Positions 10,603 to 20,595 of a DNA stretch of 64,000 nt are shown one piece after another. The position numbers and the translations under genes are program-made. The stretch is from assembly GCA_038143065.1 (NCBI GenBank), contig JAYQLI010000035.1:2048894-2112893 (forward strand), given 5' to 3'. A model generated the notes under the pieces. The model was not told the origin of the DNA and made no database searches. It saw only the letters and a program-made list of their open reading frames with translations. Each line of letters starts with the position of its first letter. Positions within the stretch are counted from its first letter, which is position 1. The DNA is from Rhodospirillales bacterium. GTDB taxonomy: Bacteria > Pseudomonadota > Alphaproteobacteria > Bin95.

Positions 10603-12007
10603 CGTAGTGACTCCACTAGCTTATAAACTTCTGTCTTGACAGCGCTTGCATTGCTGGGGAGTACCTTAAACCGCTCCTCTCTTTCGTAGATTTGGGCTAA
10701 TCGGTGAGGAATTTCAGGGTCTTTTCCTGTTGCTTTTAGGATTGCCTCTTTAAATTTTGCTGGATGCGCAGTTGCAGCGATTATCATAGCTACTCCGGTG
10801 TTGCTGAATTTCTTACCAGCAAGAGAGCCAATGGCGGTATGAGGATCCATGACATAGCCAGTTTTCTCATGCACTTCTCTTATTTCTGCTAGCGTTTCTT
10901 CATCGTTAAAGCAAGCAGTAGAGAAGTTTGCCCGGGCCAGCTTGAGGCGATCTTCCCCAACACTAAGTTTTCCTTGTGCTCGAAACTGCTTCATGGCTGC
11001 AGCTACAGCATCACCATCTCGATTATACAGTTCGAAAAGTAGCCTCTCAAAATTTGAGGAAACTTGAATATCCATAGAAGGTGAGAGAGTCGGCTGCACT
11101 CCTGGATCGACATATCATCTGATTCGAAGAAACGAGTAAGTATATCGTTAGAGTTTGACCCAACCACTAAATGTTTTATCGGTAAGCCCATCCGATGGGC
11201 GGCGTACGCCGCAAAAACATTGCCGAAATTTCCTGTAGGGATTGAAAACGCTATTTCTCGGTCTGGTGCGCCTAAACGAACTGCCGCGTAAACATAGTAA
11301 ACAATTTGGGCCATAACCCGAGCCCAGTTGATAGAATTAACAGCTGAAAGATTAACAGACTCGCGAAATTCTCCATCGGCGAAAAGCTCTTTAACAATAT
11401 CTTGGCATGCATCGAAGTCGCCTTCGATAGCAATATTCTGGACATTGGGAGAGTGCACGGTCGTCATTTGCCGACGTTGGGCCTCGGAAGTCCTGCCTTT
11501 GGGATGCAGTATGCAGATTGCGATGTTGTCGCGATCACGACATGCTTCGATCGCTGCTGATCCAGTATCACCAGAAGTTGCACCTACTATAGCGATTTTT
11601 TGGCCGCGACGGGACAGCACGTGATCAAAGAGCCGGCCGAGGAGCTGTAACGCGACGTCTTTGAACGCTAGGGTTGGCCCATGAAACAACTCCAGTGACC
11701 ATAAATCAGAATCTAGTTGCATTAAGGGTGTTACAGAGGAATGGTCAAAGGTGGCGTAGCTATCAGTGAGAATTTGTTGGTATACGTCTTCAGAGATCGA
11801 GTTTCCAACAAATGGCTTCGTAATCCTAAAGGCAGTTTCAGCATATCCTAGTCCGCGGAGGGCCCTAAAATCATCTTTGGAAAATGAAGGCCATGTTTCT
11901 GGAACATACAAACCGCCGTCAGTAGCAAGTCCAGCCAGCAAAACACCCTCAAAATCAAGTGATGGGGCACTTCCACGTGTAGAAATATACTTCATTCGAA
12001 CTCTCAA
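10599..12007 (-). CDS. thrC: Threonine synthase, split by a single-base deletion near 11101-11102
   Basis: YISTRG, ELFHGPTLAFKD, NSINWAR, PTGNFGN in one frame; TLSPSMDIQVSSNFER and TAHPAKF in the next; adding one G (cag gga gtg) rejoins them; start probably MKYIS at 11995. Confidence 0.93.
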
Positions 12008-12144
12008 AATCTGGAGAGTTTCGTATAAAGCCTTTTTGGCCCCAGTGAAATCATTGGTTTTTCCTAGATTACGAATAATTCATGGAATAGAGAGAGCCTA
12101 GTAACCCTCTCCGACCTATATACAGACTGTCTATAAAAAATTTC

Positions 12145-13674
12145 TTGGCCAAAATAGGATTGTGTCAGATGAAACTGCTTTCAAAAAATCGCGCTAGTAT
12201 TGATCTCGCAAGACGAGTTTCAGGTATGATCGCAGTGGTTGCATTGGGTTCCTGCATGACCGCGGTAGCAGTCAGCCCCCTTATTTCTAATTTTGCTAAT
12301 GCCCAGGTTGTACAACCTCAGGCGGGACCTGCTAGTTTCTCGCCCGTGGTAAAGGCAGTCGCGCCATCGGTTGTCCATATTGAAGTGAGCCAAAGAGCTG
12401 ACAATGTAAATGGCCCAGCACCAGAAAATATGCCACCGGGCATGAAAGAGTTTTTCGAGCGATTTTTTGGAAATCGGCCTCCTTTTGGTCAACAAGGCCC
12501 CCAAGGGCCTCGAACCGGTCTTGGTTCCGGTTTTTTTATTGATGCAGACGGTCATATTGTGACCAACAATCATGTCATTTCTGGTGCATCAGAAATCAAT
12601 GTGACAATGAAAGATGGCGCTAAATTATCTGCAAAGCTAATTGGAGCTGATACGAGAACCGACTTGGCCCTGCTTAAAGTAGACCGTGAAAAACCATTTC
12701 CGTTTGTAACTTGGGGAGACAGTGATAAAGCCGAGGTTGGTGATTGGATCGTTGCCGTAGGCAACCCATTTGGACTAGATCACACGGTTACAACAGGCAT
12801 TATTTCGGCTCGTGGCCGTTCCATTGGCGCTGGACCCTATGATGATTTCCTGCAGATTGATGCGCCTATTAATAAAGGCAATTCTGGAGGGCCTGCCTTC
12901 GGCCTAGACGGTCGAGTGCTTGGTGTTAATACAGCGATTTTCTCGCCCACAGGCGGCAGCGTCGGCATTGGATTTGCTATTCCAGCAAATCTTGCACGCA
13001 ACGTTATAGATCAACTCAAAGGCGGCGGTAGCGTAAAGCGAGGATGGTTGGGCGTTGCAATTCAAACTGTAACCAAAGACATTGCTGAAGGGGTTGGTCT
13101 TAAAGAGGCATATGGTGCAATCGTGTCTGCTGTAACCACGGGTGGACCAGCTGATTCAGCAGGGCTCCAAGTTGGTGACGTTATTCTCGAGGTCGATGAC
13201 AAAAAGATCGAAGAGATGCCAGAATTACCCCGCTTGATTGCCGCCATACCGCCAAATAAGACGGCACGGATTAAAATATGGCGCGACAGCCAATCTCGTA
13301 TGGTCAATGTAAAACTGGGAGTATTGCCTGACGAAAAAACTCTTGCTGAAAGCGCAAAGCCCAGCGCGACTGAAAATACAGTGCTGGGTTTGACCCTACA
13401 AACTCTTGATTCGGATTCTCGCCGTGAAGCTGGTGTTGATAAGAAATCAGGTGGAGTACTTATCACTGATATAAAAGCTGATAGTCCTCTCGCAAAAAAG
13501 GGCGTGCAGGCAGGTTCTATTCTAATGGCGGTGGCAGGTGTTTCGGTTTCTAATCCTTCAGAGGCTGTAGATTTAATTAAGCAGGCTCAAAAAACAGGCC
13601 GAACTGCGGTACTTCTTTTGATTAGACAAAATGGATCTGATCGTTTTGTTGCCGCACCTTTTGGGTCAGATTAG
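12145..13674 (+). CDS. degP: DegP/DegQ (HtrA, Do) periplasmic serine protease with two PDZ domains
   Basis: Signal peptide, GSGF, VTNNHV, TDLALLK, INKGNSGG (intact triad); exact start uncertain. Confidence 0.92.
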   Translation: MAKIGLCQMKLLSKNRASIDLARRVSGMIAVVALGSCMTAVAVSPLISNFANAQVVQPQAGPASFSPVVKAVAPSVVHIEVSQRADNVNGPAPENMPPGMKEFFERFFGNRPPFGQQGPQGPRTGLGSGFFIDADGHIVTNNHVISGASEINVTMKDGAKLSAKLIGADTRTDLALLKVDREKPFPFVTWGDSDKAEVGDWIVAVGNPFGLDHTVTTGIISARGRSIGAGPYDDFLQIDAPINKGNSGGPAFGLDGRVLGVNTAIFSPTGGSVGIGFAIPANLARNVIDQLKGGGSVKRGWLGVAIQTVTKDIAEGVGLKEAYGAIVSAVTTGGPADSAGLQVGDVILEVDDKKIEEMPELPRLIAAIPPNKTARIKIWRDSQSRMVNVKLGVLPDEKTLAESAKPSATENTVLGLTLQTLDSDSRREAGVDKKSGGVLITDIKADSPLAKKGVQAGSILMAVAGVSVSNPSEAVDLIKQAQKTGRTAVLLLIRQNGSDRFVAAPFGSD

Positions 13675-13731
13675 AAAAAATATCTTAACGAGTGGTCCAC
13701 GATAGGTCCACTCTACGCTTGGTAGGGTCTT

Positions 13732-14403
13732 ATGCGCATTCTTGTTATCGAAGATGATAAAGAGACCGCGTCGTACATGGTCAAAGGTCTATCGGAGCAT
13801 GGGCATGTCGCCGACCATGTCCACGATGCCGAGTCAGGCTTAGTTATGGCTGAAACTGGTTATGATGTAATTGTGTTAGACCGCATGCTTCCTGGAATGG
13901 ATGGCCTTCAAGCAGCCCAAAACTTGAGAGGAAATGGTTTTACTACACCGATTCTGTTTTTATCCGCTCTCGGCGAGGTAGACGATAGAGTGACTGGATT
14001 GAAAGCGGGAGGTGATGATTATCTTGTAAAGCCTTTTGCATTCTCTGAGCTTTTAGCTCGACTTGAAGCTTTAGCTCGCAGGCGTGGTGAAGAACCTCAA
14101 ACTGAAATTTTGGTTGGAGACCTTGAGATAAATTTGCTCTCGCGTCGAGTTACCAGAGGGGGGCAACGCATCGAGCTTCAACCACGTGAGTTTAAGCTCC
14201 TAGAATTTTTAGCTAGGCATTCGGATAGGGTTGTTACAAGGACTATGCTGTTAGAGAATGTCTGGGAATATAATTTTGATCCGCAGACAAATGTGATTGA
14301 CGTCCATGTAAGTAGATTGCGATCAAAGATCGACAAAGGGTTTCAGTTACCTCTGCTCCATACTGTTCGTGGAGCCGGATATCGTCTGAGTGAAAAGGGC
14401 TGA
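13732..14403 (+). CDS. OmpR-family response regulator
   Basis: MRILVIEDD, LDRMLP, DDYLVKPF, winged helix NVIDVHVSRLRSKID, TVRGAGY. Confidence 0.95.
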   Translation: MRILVIEDDKETASYMVKGLSEHGHVADHVHDAESGLVMAETGYDVIVLDRMLPGMDGLQAAQNLRGNGFTTPILFLSALGEVDDRVTGLKAGGDDYLVKPFAFSELLARLEALARRRGEEPQTEILVGDLEINLLSRRVTRGGQRIELQPREFKLLEFLARHSDRVVTRTMLLENVWEYNFDPQTNVIDVHVSRLRSKIDKGFQLPLLHTVRGAGYRLSEKG

Positions 14404-14417
14404 GGTGCACCTCAACT

Positions 14418-15806
14418 GTGCTAGGATTAATAAAATTAGTGCGGTCAACAGCCTTTCGATTGGCGTTATTTTACCTTTTGATTTTTGGAGTTTCGTCTGC
14501 GGGCCTTCTGGGTTTTGTGTTCTGGCGTAGCGCTGGGTTTACCGCGGAGCAGATTGACCAAACCATCTCAGCGGAAGTGCAGGGTCTACACGAGCGTTAT
14601 CGTTTGCTGGGGGTTCCTGGCCTAACTCAGGTAGTCAAAGAACGGTCAAATAGGCAAAGCCAAAGTCTTTATTATCTGGTTGATAGGCGAGGCCGTCGAC
14701 TTGCTGGGAATATAGATAGCTGGCCAACTCCGAATGCAGATCAGCAGGATTGGATAGATTTTGATTATAACCATCAAGTCGGAGATGTAGCTGAGCAACG
14801 ACGAGCTAGGGCTCGAGAGATTGAAATTTCTGGCGGATATAGGTTGTTGGTTGGCCGAGATGTTCAGCAGCGAGTTGCATTAGTCGAGCTCATCCAATCA
14901 GCGTTCTGGTGGGCAGGTTTTGGTATTGTTGGTCTTGGCCTTCTTGGCGGACTGTTTATTGGTAGACAGATGTTGCGGCGTATAGATGCTATGGCTGCGG
15001 CAAGTGCAGAAATCATGGCAGGAAACCTGAACCACCGGGTCCCTCATGATGGATCTGGAGACGAACTCGACCGGCTCGCTAAAAGTTTGAATTCTATGCT
15101 AGATCGGATTGAGGTTTTGATGAATGCGGTCAGGCAGGTATCTGACAATATTGCTCATGATCTTCGCACTCCTATAAGCCGCCTTCGTGCGCGTGCCGAG
15201 GTTACATTGATGGGCGATCCCAGCCTAGAATCTTGCCGAGAAGCGCTTGAAAAGACGCTCGAAGAAGCGGATGCCCTTCTATCAACTTTCAATGCGCTTT
15301 TGGATATAGCTCGACTTGAAGGTGGTGCTTCAGGTCCTAGAGATCCTGTGAATCTTAATGAAGTTATAGTCGACGTTGTGGACCTTTACGAACCGGTTGC
15401 TGAAGATGCTCAAATTACCCTGGAGGTGCTTCCCACGGTTGGTTCTACCACTGTAAAAGGTGACCGAAGGTTACTGTCGCAGGCAATAGCTAACTTAGTA
15501 GACAATGCGTTAAAATATACAGGAACTCGTGGTCGAGTTTGGTTGAAAGCAGAGCAGTCGGGAAAGCAAGCTATTCTGACCGTTGGTGATAATGGACCGG
15601 GCGTTCCAGCACTGGAAAGAGACAGAATATTTGACCGCTTTGTGCGACTAGACTCAGATAGAAGTAAGCCTGGAAATGGACTTGGTTTATCTTTGGTGCG
15701 CGCCGTAGCTGTAATGCACGGCGCGGAATTAAAGGTTGAAGATGGTCATCCAGGCCTCGTGGTATCTATTATTTTAGAAAGAGCTTCCGAAGTAGAAGTG
15801 CAGTGA
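14418..15806 (+). CDS. Sensor histidine kinase (HAMP-HisKA-HATPase)
   Basis: Two TM segments, AHDLRTP H-box, NLVDNALKY, DNGPG, GLGLS. Confidence 0.95.
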   Translation: MLGLIKLVRSTAFRLALFYLLIFGVSSAGLLGFVFWRSAGFTAEQIDQTISAEVQGLHERYRLLGVPGLTQVVKERSNRQSQSLYYLVDRRGRRLAGNIDSWPTPNADQQDWIDFDYNHQVGDVAEQRRARAREIEISGGYRLLVGRDVQQRVALVELIQSAFWWAGFGIVGLGLLGGLFIGRQMLRRIDAMAAASAEIMAGNLNHRVPHDGSGDELDRLAKSLNSMLDRIEVLMNAVRQVSDNIAHDLRTPISRLRARAEVTLMGDPSLESCREALEKTLEEADALLSTFNALLDIARLEGGASGPRDPVNLNEVIVDVVDLYEPVAEDAQITLEVLPTVGSTTVKGDRRLLSQAIANLVDNALKYTGTRGRVWLKAEQSGKQAILTVGDNGPGVPALERDRIFDRFVRLDSDRSKPGNGLGLSLVRAVAVMHGAELKVEDGHPGLVVSIILERASEVEVQ

Positions 15807-15813
15807 ACTTCGA

Positions 15814-17016
15814 TCAGAGACCTAACATCCTCTTTGCAATAATGTTGTGCTGGATTTCATTTGAGCCTGCAAAAATCGAATGCTTTCGATTGTTAAGATA
15901 TTGTGGGGATAAAGCGTTTGCATAGTCTGCCCCAATTGGTTCCTCATTCCAGCGGTCGTCTACCAGCGCATCTTTAATATAAGGCTGGCCATAGTACCCA
16001 ACGGCCTCCATTTTCAACTCCGACAGACGTTGCAGAATCTCTGTTCTTCGGATTTTGATCATTGAGGCCTCAAAACCCATTTCGCGGTCTGCAGACACTG
16101 CTGCGAGAAGCCTCATCATTTGAACTTCAAGGGCCATTAGCTCAATTTCAGATTCTGACACCTTTCGACGGAAGCTCTCATTATCCCATAGTTTGCCGCC
16201 CATACCATCATCTTGTTCGCACGCAATGTCTTTGAGTTGAGTGAGCAGCTTTTTTACGCTACCCAAAGCGCCACCACCCATCCGTTCATGACCAAGTAAA
16301 TACTTGGCTACTGTCCAGCCATCATCAACATTGCCAATAACATTGGATGCTGGAACACGAACATTATCAAAAAAGACTTCATTCACTTCATGTCCACCTT
16401 CAATGGTAATGAGAGGCTTTACGCTCACACCAGGCGTAGACATATCGACAAGAATAAACGTTATACCTTCTTGTCGTTTTCCAGTGTTAGAGGTTCGAAC
16501 TAAGCAAAAAATCCAGTCCGCCATATGGGCTGACGTAGTCCATGTTTTTTGCCCATTTAGCACAAAATCATCACCGTTTCTCTCTGCCTTCATCTTTAGG
16601 GATGCGAGGTCAGAGCCGGAACCTGGTTCTGAATACCCTTGGCAGAAAATTATTTCCCCAGATGCAATTTTTGGAAGGAAATAATCCTGCTGTTTGTCAG
16701 TTCCAAACCTCATCAGAACTGGACCGCACATGGTTATGCCAAACATGATCAATCTAGGCGCTCCAGCAAGAGACGCCTCTTCGTCATAAATATATTTTTG
16801 GTTTGTAGACCAGCCTGGCCCGCCCCAGCTTTCAGGCCAGTTGGGTGTAATCCAACCTTTTTTAAATAGAGCTCGATGCCAAGCCATTATTTCTTCACGG
16901 TTAACATGGTGTCCATTAAGTACTTTATGGGCGACGTTCGCGGGGAGGTTTTCTGTCAGGAAGCTCCTCACTTCTTCGCGGAAGGCTTCATCTTCTTTTG
17001 AGAATGACATATCCAT
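15814..17016 (-). CDS. Acyl-CoA dehydrogenase (PimC-like)
   Basis: FCQGYSEPGSGSDLASL, NGQKTWT, EVFFDNVRVP, SIFAGSNEIQ. Confidence 0.92.
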   Translation of the reverse strand: MDMSFSKEDEAFREEVRSFLTENLPANVAHKVLNGHHVNREEIMAWHRALFKKGWITPNWPESWGGPGWSTNQKYIYDEEASLAGAPRLIMFGITMCGPVLMRFGTDKQQDYFLPKIASGEIIFCQGYSEPGSGSDLASLKMKAERNGDDFVLNGQKTWTTSAHMADWIFCLVRTSNTGKRQEGITFILVDMSTPGVSVKPLITIEGGHEVNEVFFDNVRVPASNVIGNVDDGWTVAKYLLGHERMGGGALGSVKKLLTQLKDIACEQDDGMGGKLWDNESFRRKVSESEIELMALEVQMMRLLAAVSADREMGFEASMIKIRRTEILQRLSELKMEAVGYYGQPYIKDALVDDRWNEEPIGADYANALSPQYLNNRKHSIFAGSNEIQHNIIAKRMLGL

Positions 17017-17124
17017 CGAATCGAGATTCCTTCTTTCCGTTCACTGCATTTTCGTCTGTTAACCAGAATGCTTAAAAGGTAAGTTGGTAATGCTATTTGG
17101 ACAAGCTACTGAGGAAGCGCGTTT

Positions 17125-17745
17125 ATGTCTCACAAACCATATCGGTTATACATGACCCCGACTTCACCATTCGCCCGGAAGTGCCGAATGGTGATTTACG
17201 AATGTGGCCTTCAAGACCAGGTGGAGGAATTTGATGCCCGGGTTCGTTCCGAAGAAAATGAAGTTCTTGACGTTAGCCCTCTTGGAAAAGTCCCAACCCT
17301 GACTGGGCCAAATGGTCTGACCCTCGTCGACTCTACTTTAATTTCTGAATTTTTAGATAAAATTGGTGGTTCACCGATACTGCACGGCGCAACGGATCAG
17401 GATAGATGGATGCGAGCTCCAGAATGGGCTTTGGCCGAAGGGTTATTGGAATCTCTTGCATGGCGAACTCGAGAATTTAGACGGCCAGAGGATGAACGTT
17501 CACCAAGTTTTATAGATTATGAAGGCGCTCGACAGAGAAGAATTTATGATTGGCTAGAAATGTCACCGCCCAATCAAGGCGCTCGAGATATATCTCATAT
17601 CGGGTTTGTTATTGCTTTAGATTATTCCCTTTATAGATTTCCAAACGAGGATTGGCGTCCAACAAGACCGTCTCTAACTAAGTGGTTCGAAATCGAGGCG
17701 GGCCGCCCGTCATTTCAAGCAACTTTGCTACCTACAAAGGTTTGA
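17125..17745 (+). CDS. Glutathione S-transferase family protein
   Basis: TSPFARK, PLGKVPTL, DSTLISEFLD. Confidence 0.88.
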   Translation: MSHKPYRLYMTPTSPFARKCRMVIYECGLQDQVEEFDARVRSEENEVLDVSPLGKVPTLTGPNGLTLVDSTLISEFLDKIGGSPILHGATDQDRWMRAPEWALAEGLLESLAWRTREFRRPEDERSPSFIDYEGARQRRIYDWLEMSPPNQGARDISHIGFVIALDYSLYRFPNEDWRPTRPSLTKWFEIEAGRPSFQATLLPTKV

Positions 17746-17800
17746 TTAATTTTTATTTGGTTTAATGGGGTTTTAACTTTCTAAGCCTATAAAGATTCTT

Positions 17801-18123
17801 CTTGCTTCGACGAAATACTCACCTATTTTATCCTCTGGTGGTGTCGCTTTTTGAGGAAAGTGACTGCGTATTATAAAGTAGAGGCGTTAAAAGAAGCTAA
17901 AGTTACTTTAATAGTAGGTGGCAAGCAGCTTGTAGTTAGTATGATTGCCGCAGTTTTCCTCATAGAATAGAGCGTACTATATTGTGAAGGCTTTGCAGGC
18001 TGGAGCAGTTGGGCGTAAGGGCGCGTTCCCGCCGTGCGCAGAGAGTAGGGTTTTGGCAGGTTTTAAAGGAATAGTTTCGGGCCGGGGGCTTAAACCCATT
18101 AATTAAAGAAAGTTGGAATAGAA
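17801..18123 (+). promoter_or_regulatory. Putative promoter and long structured 5' leader of the cold-shock gene
   Basis: CTTGCT-N15-CCTATTT at 17801-17828; helix 17852-17868 / 17949-17962 enclosing smaller stems. Confidence 0.5.
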
Positions 18124-18792
18124 ATGTCTTTTGAGGATGATCAGCAGGAGCCGACTGCGGTTGATGTGGATGTAACCGTAAAATGGTTTAATGGTATTAA
18201 GGGTTATGGCTTTGTTACCACGCCAGATGGTGATGATGCATTTATGCATGTCACATCACTTCAAGCACTCGGTCGGAACAGCATTCCTCCAGAATCTCGA
18301 GTTAAATGTGATCTTGGTCCAGGTCGTCGAGGATTACAGGTTTTAACTGTAAAAGAAATCTTAGAGCTTGGCGAAGAACCTCCACCACGTGCTCCTCGCT
18401 CTGGTGGCTTTGGTGGTGATCGCGGGGGATTCCGCGGCGGTGATCGCGGTGGCTACGGCGGCGGCGGCCGCGGTGGCTATGGCGGTGGTGACCGCGGTGG
18501 CTACGGCGGTGGTGACCGCGGTGGCTACGGCGGTGGTGACCGCGGTGGCTACGGCGGTGGTGACCGTGATGATCGCGCGCCTCTTGAGACCAGACAGGCA
18601 ACTGTAAAATTCTATAATGCTGAGCGTGGCTTTGGCTTTGCATCACCAAGCGATGGTGGGGAAGACATCTACGTTCCGGCTCGTGTTGTAGAACGTGCTG
18701 GGATGGGAGAATTACAGCCAGAGCAGTCAGTGGAAATTGATGTGCGACCTGGGCCTCGTGGTCCAATGGCTGCACGCATTCGCCACAATTAG
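18124..18792 (+). CDS. Tandem cold-shock-domain protein with Gly/Arg/Tyr-rich linker
   Basis: Two CSDs (VKWFNGIKGYGF...DAFMH; VKFYNAERGFGF...DIYV) separated by RGGYGGGD repeats. Confidence 0.93.
   Translation: MSFEDDQQEPTAVDVDVTVKWFNGIKGYGFVTTPDGDDAFMHVTSLQALGRNSIPPESRVKCDLGPGRRGLQVLTVKEILELGEEPPPRAPRSGGFGGDRGGFRGGDRGGYGGGGRGGYGGGDRGGYGGGDRGGYGGGDRGGYGGGDRDDRAPLETRQATVKFYNAERGFGFASPSDGGEDIYVPARVVERAGMGELQPEQSVEIDVRPGPRGPMAARIRHN
18445..18564 (+). repeat. 24-bp coding tandem repeat x5 (RGGYGGGD)
   Basis: Unit cgcggtggctacggcggtggtgac; the last three copies (18493-18564) are identical; degenerate units extend back to about 18403. Confidence 0.95.
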
Positions 18793-18831
18793 TATTGGAG
18801 CCTGTTTTATCAGGCTTTAAGTACCTTTATT

Positions 18832-18865
18832 AAGAGGCCTCGCTGAAAAAGCGGGGCCTTTTTTT
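18832..18865. terminator. Intrinsic terminator between csp and glcG-like gene
   Basis: AAGAGGCCTCGC-tgaaaaa-GCGGGGCCTTTTTTT. Confidence 0.85.
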
Positions 18866-18869
18866 ATAT

Positions 18870-19334
18870 TCAAAGTTTAGATGACGCCCAGTTCTCAGAT
18901 GGTTGAGCCGGCATAGGCTCAAACCCCGCGGCACGAGCACCTAAGATTGCACACAATTCATCTTTATCTGATGTATCGCCACTTATTCCGACAGCGCCAA
19001 CAACAAAGTCGCCTTGTCGCTTAAGTAATACGCCGCCCGGTACTGCTATGACGCGTCCTCCGGATGCAGCTGCTAGAGCGGACTGGAAAGACGGGCGGTC
19101 TGCGAGACGATCACGTAGTACACGCGATGGCACACCCATGCCCAAAGCGCCCCATGCTTTACCTATTGCGATTTCGGGTCGAAGAATTCCAGATCCATCC
19201 TCTCGCTTGAGAGAAACTAGGCAACCGCCAGCGTCCAATACGGCTACTGTCAGCGGCATAAAATTATGCCGCCGACCTTCTATGAGTGCTTCAGAGATTA
19301 TGTTGTCTGCCTGTTCAAGCGTAACGTTTGTCAT
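18870..19334 (-). CDS. GlcG/HbpS family heme-binding protein
   Basis: VAVLDAGG, IAIGKAW, PGGVLL, GAVGISGD. Confidence 0.88.
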   Translation of the reverse strand: MTNVTLEQADNIISEALIEGRRHNFMPLTVAVLDAGGCLVSLKREDGSGILRPEIAIGKAWGALGMGVPSRVLRDRLADRPSFQSALAAASGGRVIAVPGGVLLKRQGDFVVGAVGISGDTSDKDELCAILGARAAGFEPMPAQPSENWASSKL

Positions 19335-19337
19335 AGT

Positions 19338-19805
19338 TCAAGTCTTTGTCGCCCAACGGTTGGCAGCATCGTTATCAGTTTGTCTGGCAGCCACCCAACG
19401 CTCACCAGTTTTAGTTTCTTCGCATTTCCAAAAGGGCGCTTGTGTTTTGAGATAATCCATTAGGAATTCACATGCCTCAAACGCAGCCTTTCGATGGCTG
19501 GACAAAGTTACGACAAGCACAATAGGGTCCCCAGGGATGAAGCGGCCGTAACGGTGAATTATTAGACAATCAATGAGTTGCCAACGTTTACGGGCTTCAA
19601 GCTCAATTTCCAGAAGCTGGTTTTCAGTCATCCCAGGATAGTGTTCTAGTGTCATAGCGATTACTGGCTCGGCACCTTCATCAGGATTATCTTCTCGAGC
19701 TATTCCTATAAAGCTAGCCACCGCTCCTACATCTTTTCGCTCAGCCGTTATCCTTGAGATTTCTAATCCAACGTCGAACGGTGCCTCCTGCAAACAAACC
19801 GTCAT
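19338..19805 (-). CDS. moaE: Molybdopterin synthase catalytic subunit
   Basis: LEHYPGMT, HRYG, HRKAAF, LMDYLKTQAPFWK; start reassigned to the ATG just after the moaD stop. Confidence 0.95.
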   Translation of the reverse strand: MTVCLQEAPFDVGLEISRITAERKDVGAVASFIGIAREDNPDEGAEPVIAMTLEHYPGMTENQLLEIELEARKRWQLIDCLIIHRYGRFIPGDPIVLVVTLSSHRKAAFEACEFLMDYLKTQAPFWKCEETKTGERWVAARQTDNDAANRWATKT

Positions 19806-19809
19806 GGCA

Positions 19810-20061
19810 TTATCCTCCTGTGACAGGCGGAAAGAACGCCACTTCAACAGCCTTAAGAATGCTGTCATTAGGCTCGGCAAATTGTTGGTCGATAGCTATG
19901 CGGATAGTGCTTCTATTAGCAAATGCTTCTGCGTGTCCTTCAGACAAGCCAATAAGCCAGTCGATTAGTTGCTCCGCTGTTTTTACGTTTGTAGGAGGCG
20001 TATTTATCTCCTCTGCATATCCAATCTTCTGGCGAACCCATGCAAAATAGAGAATTTTCAT
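19810..20061 (-). CDS. moaD: Molybdopterin synthase sulfur carrier subunit
   Basis: MKILYFAWVR, C-terminal EVAFFPPVTGG. Confidence 0.96.
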   Translation of the reverse strand: MKILYFAWVRQKIGYAEEINTPPTNVKTAEQLIDWLIGLSEGHAEAFANRSTIRIAIDQQFAEPNDSILKAVEVAFFPPVTGG

Positions 20062-20065
20062 TTTT

Positions 20066-20578
20066 CTAATTTCTCCAAGGCTGCTCTTTTATGCGACTTT
20101 GAATAAACCTTGCTACCGTGACAGGGTCAGATAGAGGAAGTGATAGAGGAGCACTAGCAGTTAATTTGGTGTCGTCACTTGCCACAGCGATGATCTTATC
20201 ATCTTCCTTCCAGAGGGGCTTTCCACCATGAGTCTCCCTCCAAACTTCGATTTTTTCGATCACACCACCCTTATATCCCTCTACTAAGACAATATCGGTG
20301 GGCCCTAGTAAAGCGAGCGAGTCGTCCAGTGTTAGTTCTGGCTCATTTCTCAGTTCAGTCATAAGTGCCCAGCGATTTGGCGAGGAAATTAAAACCTGTC
20401 TCGCCCCAGCGGAGCGATGTCTGAAACTATCTTTGCCTTCGCGATCAATATCAAACCGCTGATGAGCATGCTTAATAGTGGCAACGTCAAACCCATCAAC
20501 AACTAGTGCCCTAACAACACCTTCTATTAAGGTGGTTTTGCCAACGCCACTCCATCCGATGATGCCTAGCACATACAT
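20066..20578 (-). CDS. mobB: Molybdopterin-guanine dinucleotide biosynthesis protein B
   Basis: GWSGVGKTT, IKHAH, GKDSFRH, LVEGYK. Confidence 0.92.
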   Translation of the reverse strand: MYVLGIIGWSGVGKTTLIEGVVRALVVDGFDVATIKHAHQRFDIDREGKDSFRHRSAGARQVLISSPNRWALMTELRNEPELTLDDSLALLGPTDIVLVEGYKGGVIEKIEVWRETHGGKPLWKEDDKIIAVASDDTKLTASAPLSLPLSDPVTVARFIQSRIKEQPWRN

Positions 20579-20595
20579 TCTAAGACTATCTTCTC

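Noticed and set aside
18403-18564. CRISPR-like or non-coding repeat array
   Set aside because: Units are contiguous with no spacers and lie in frame inside a protein; the overlapping ORFs 18302..18775 (-) and 18368..18607 (+) are shadows of the repeat.
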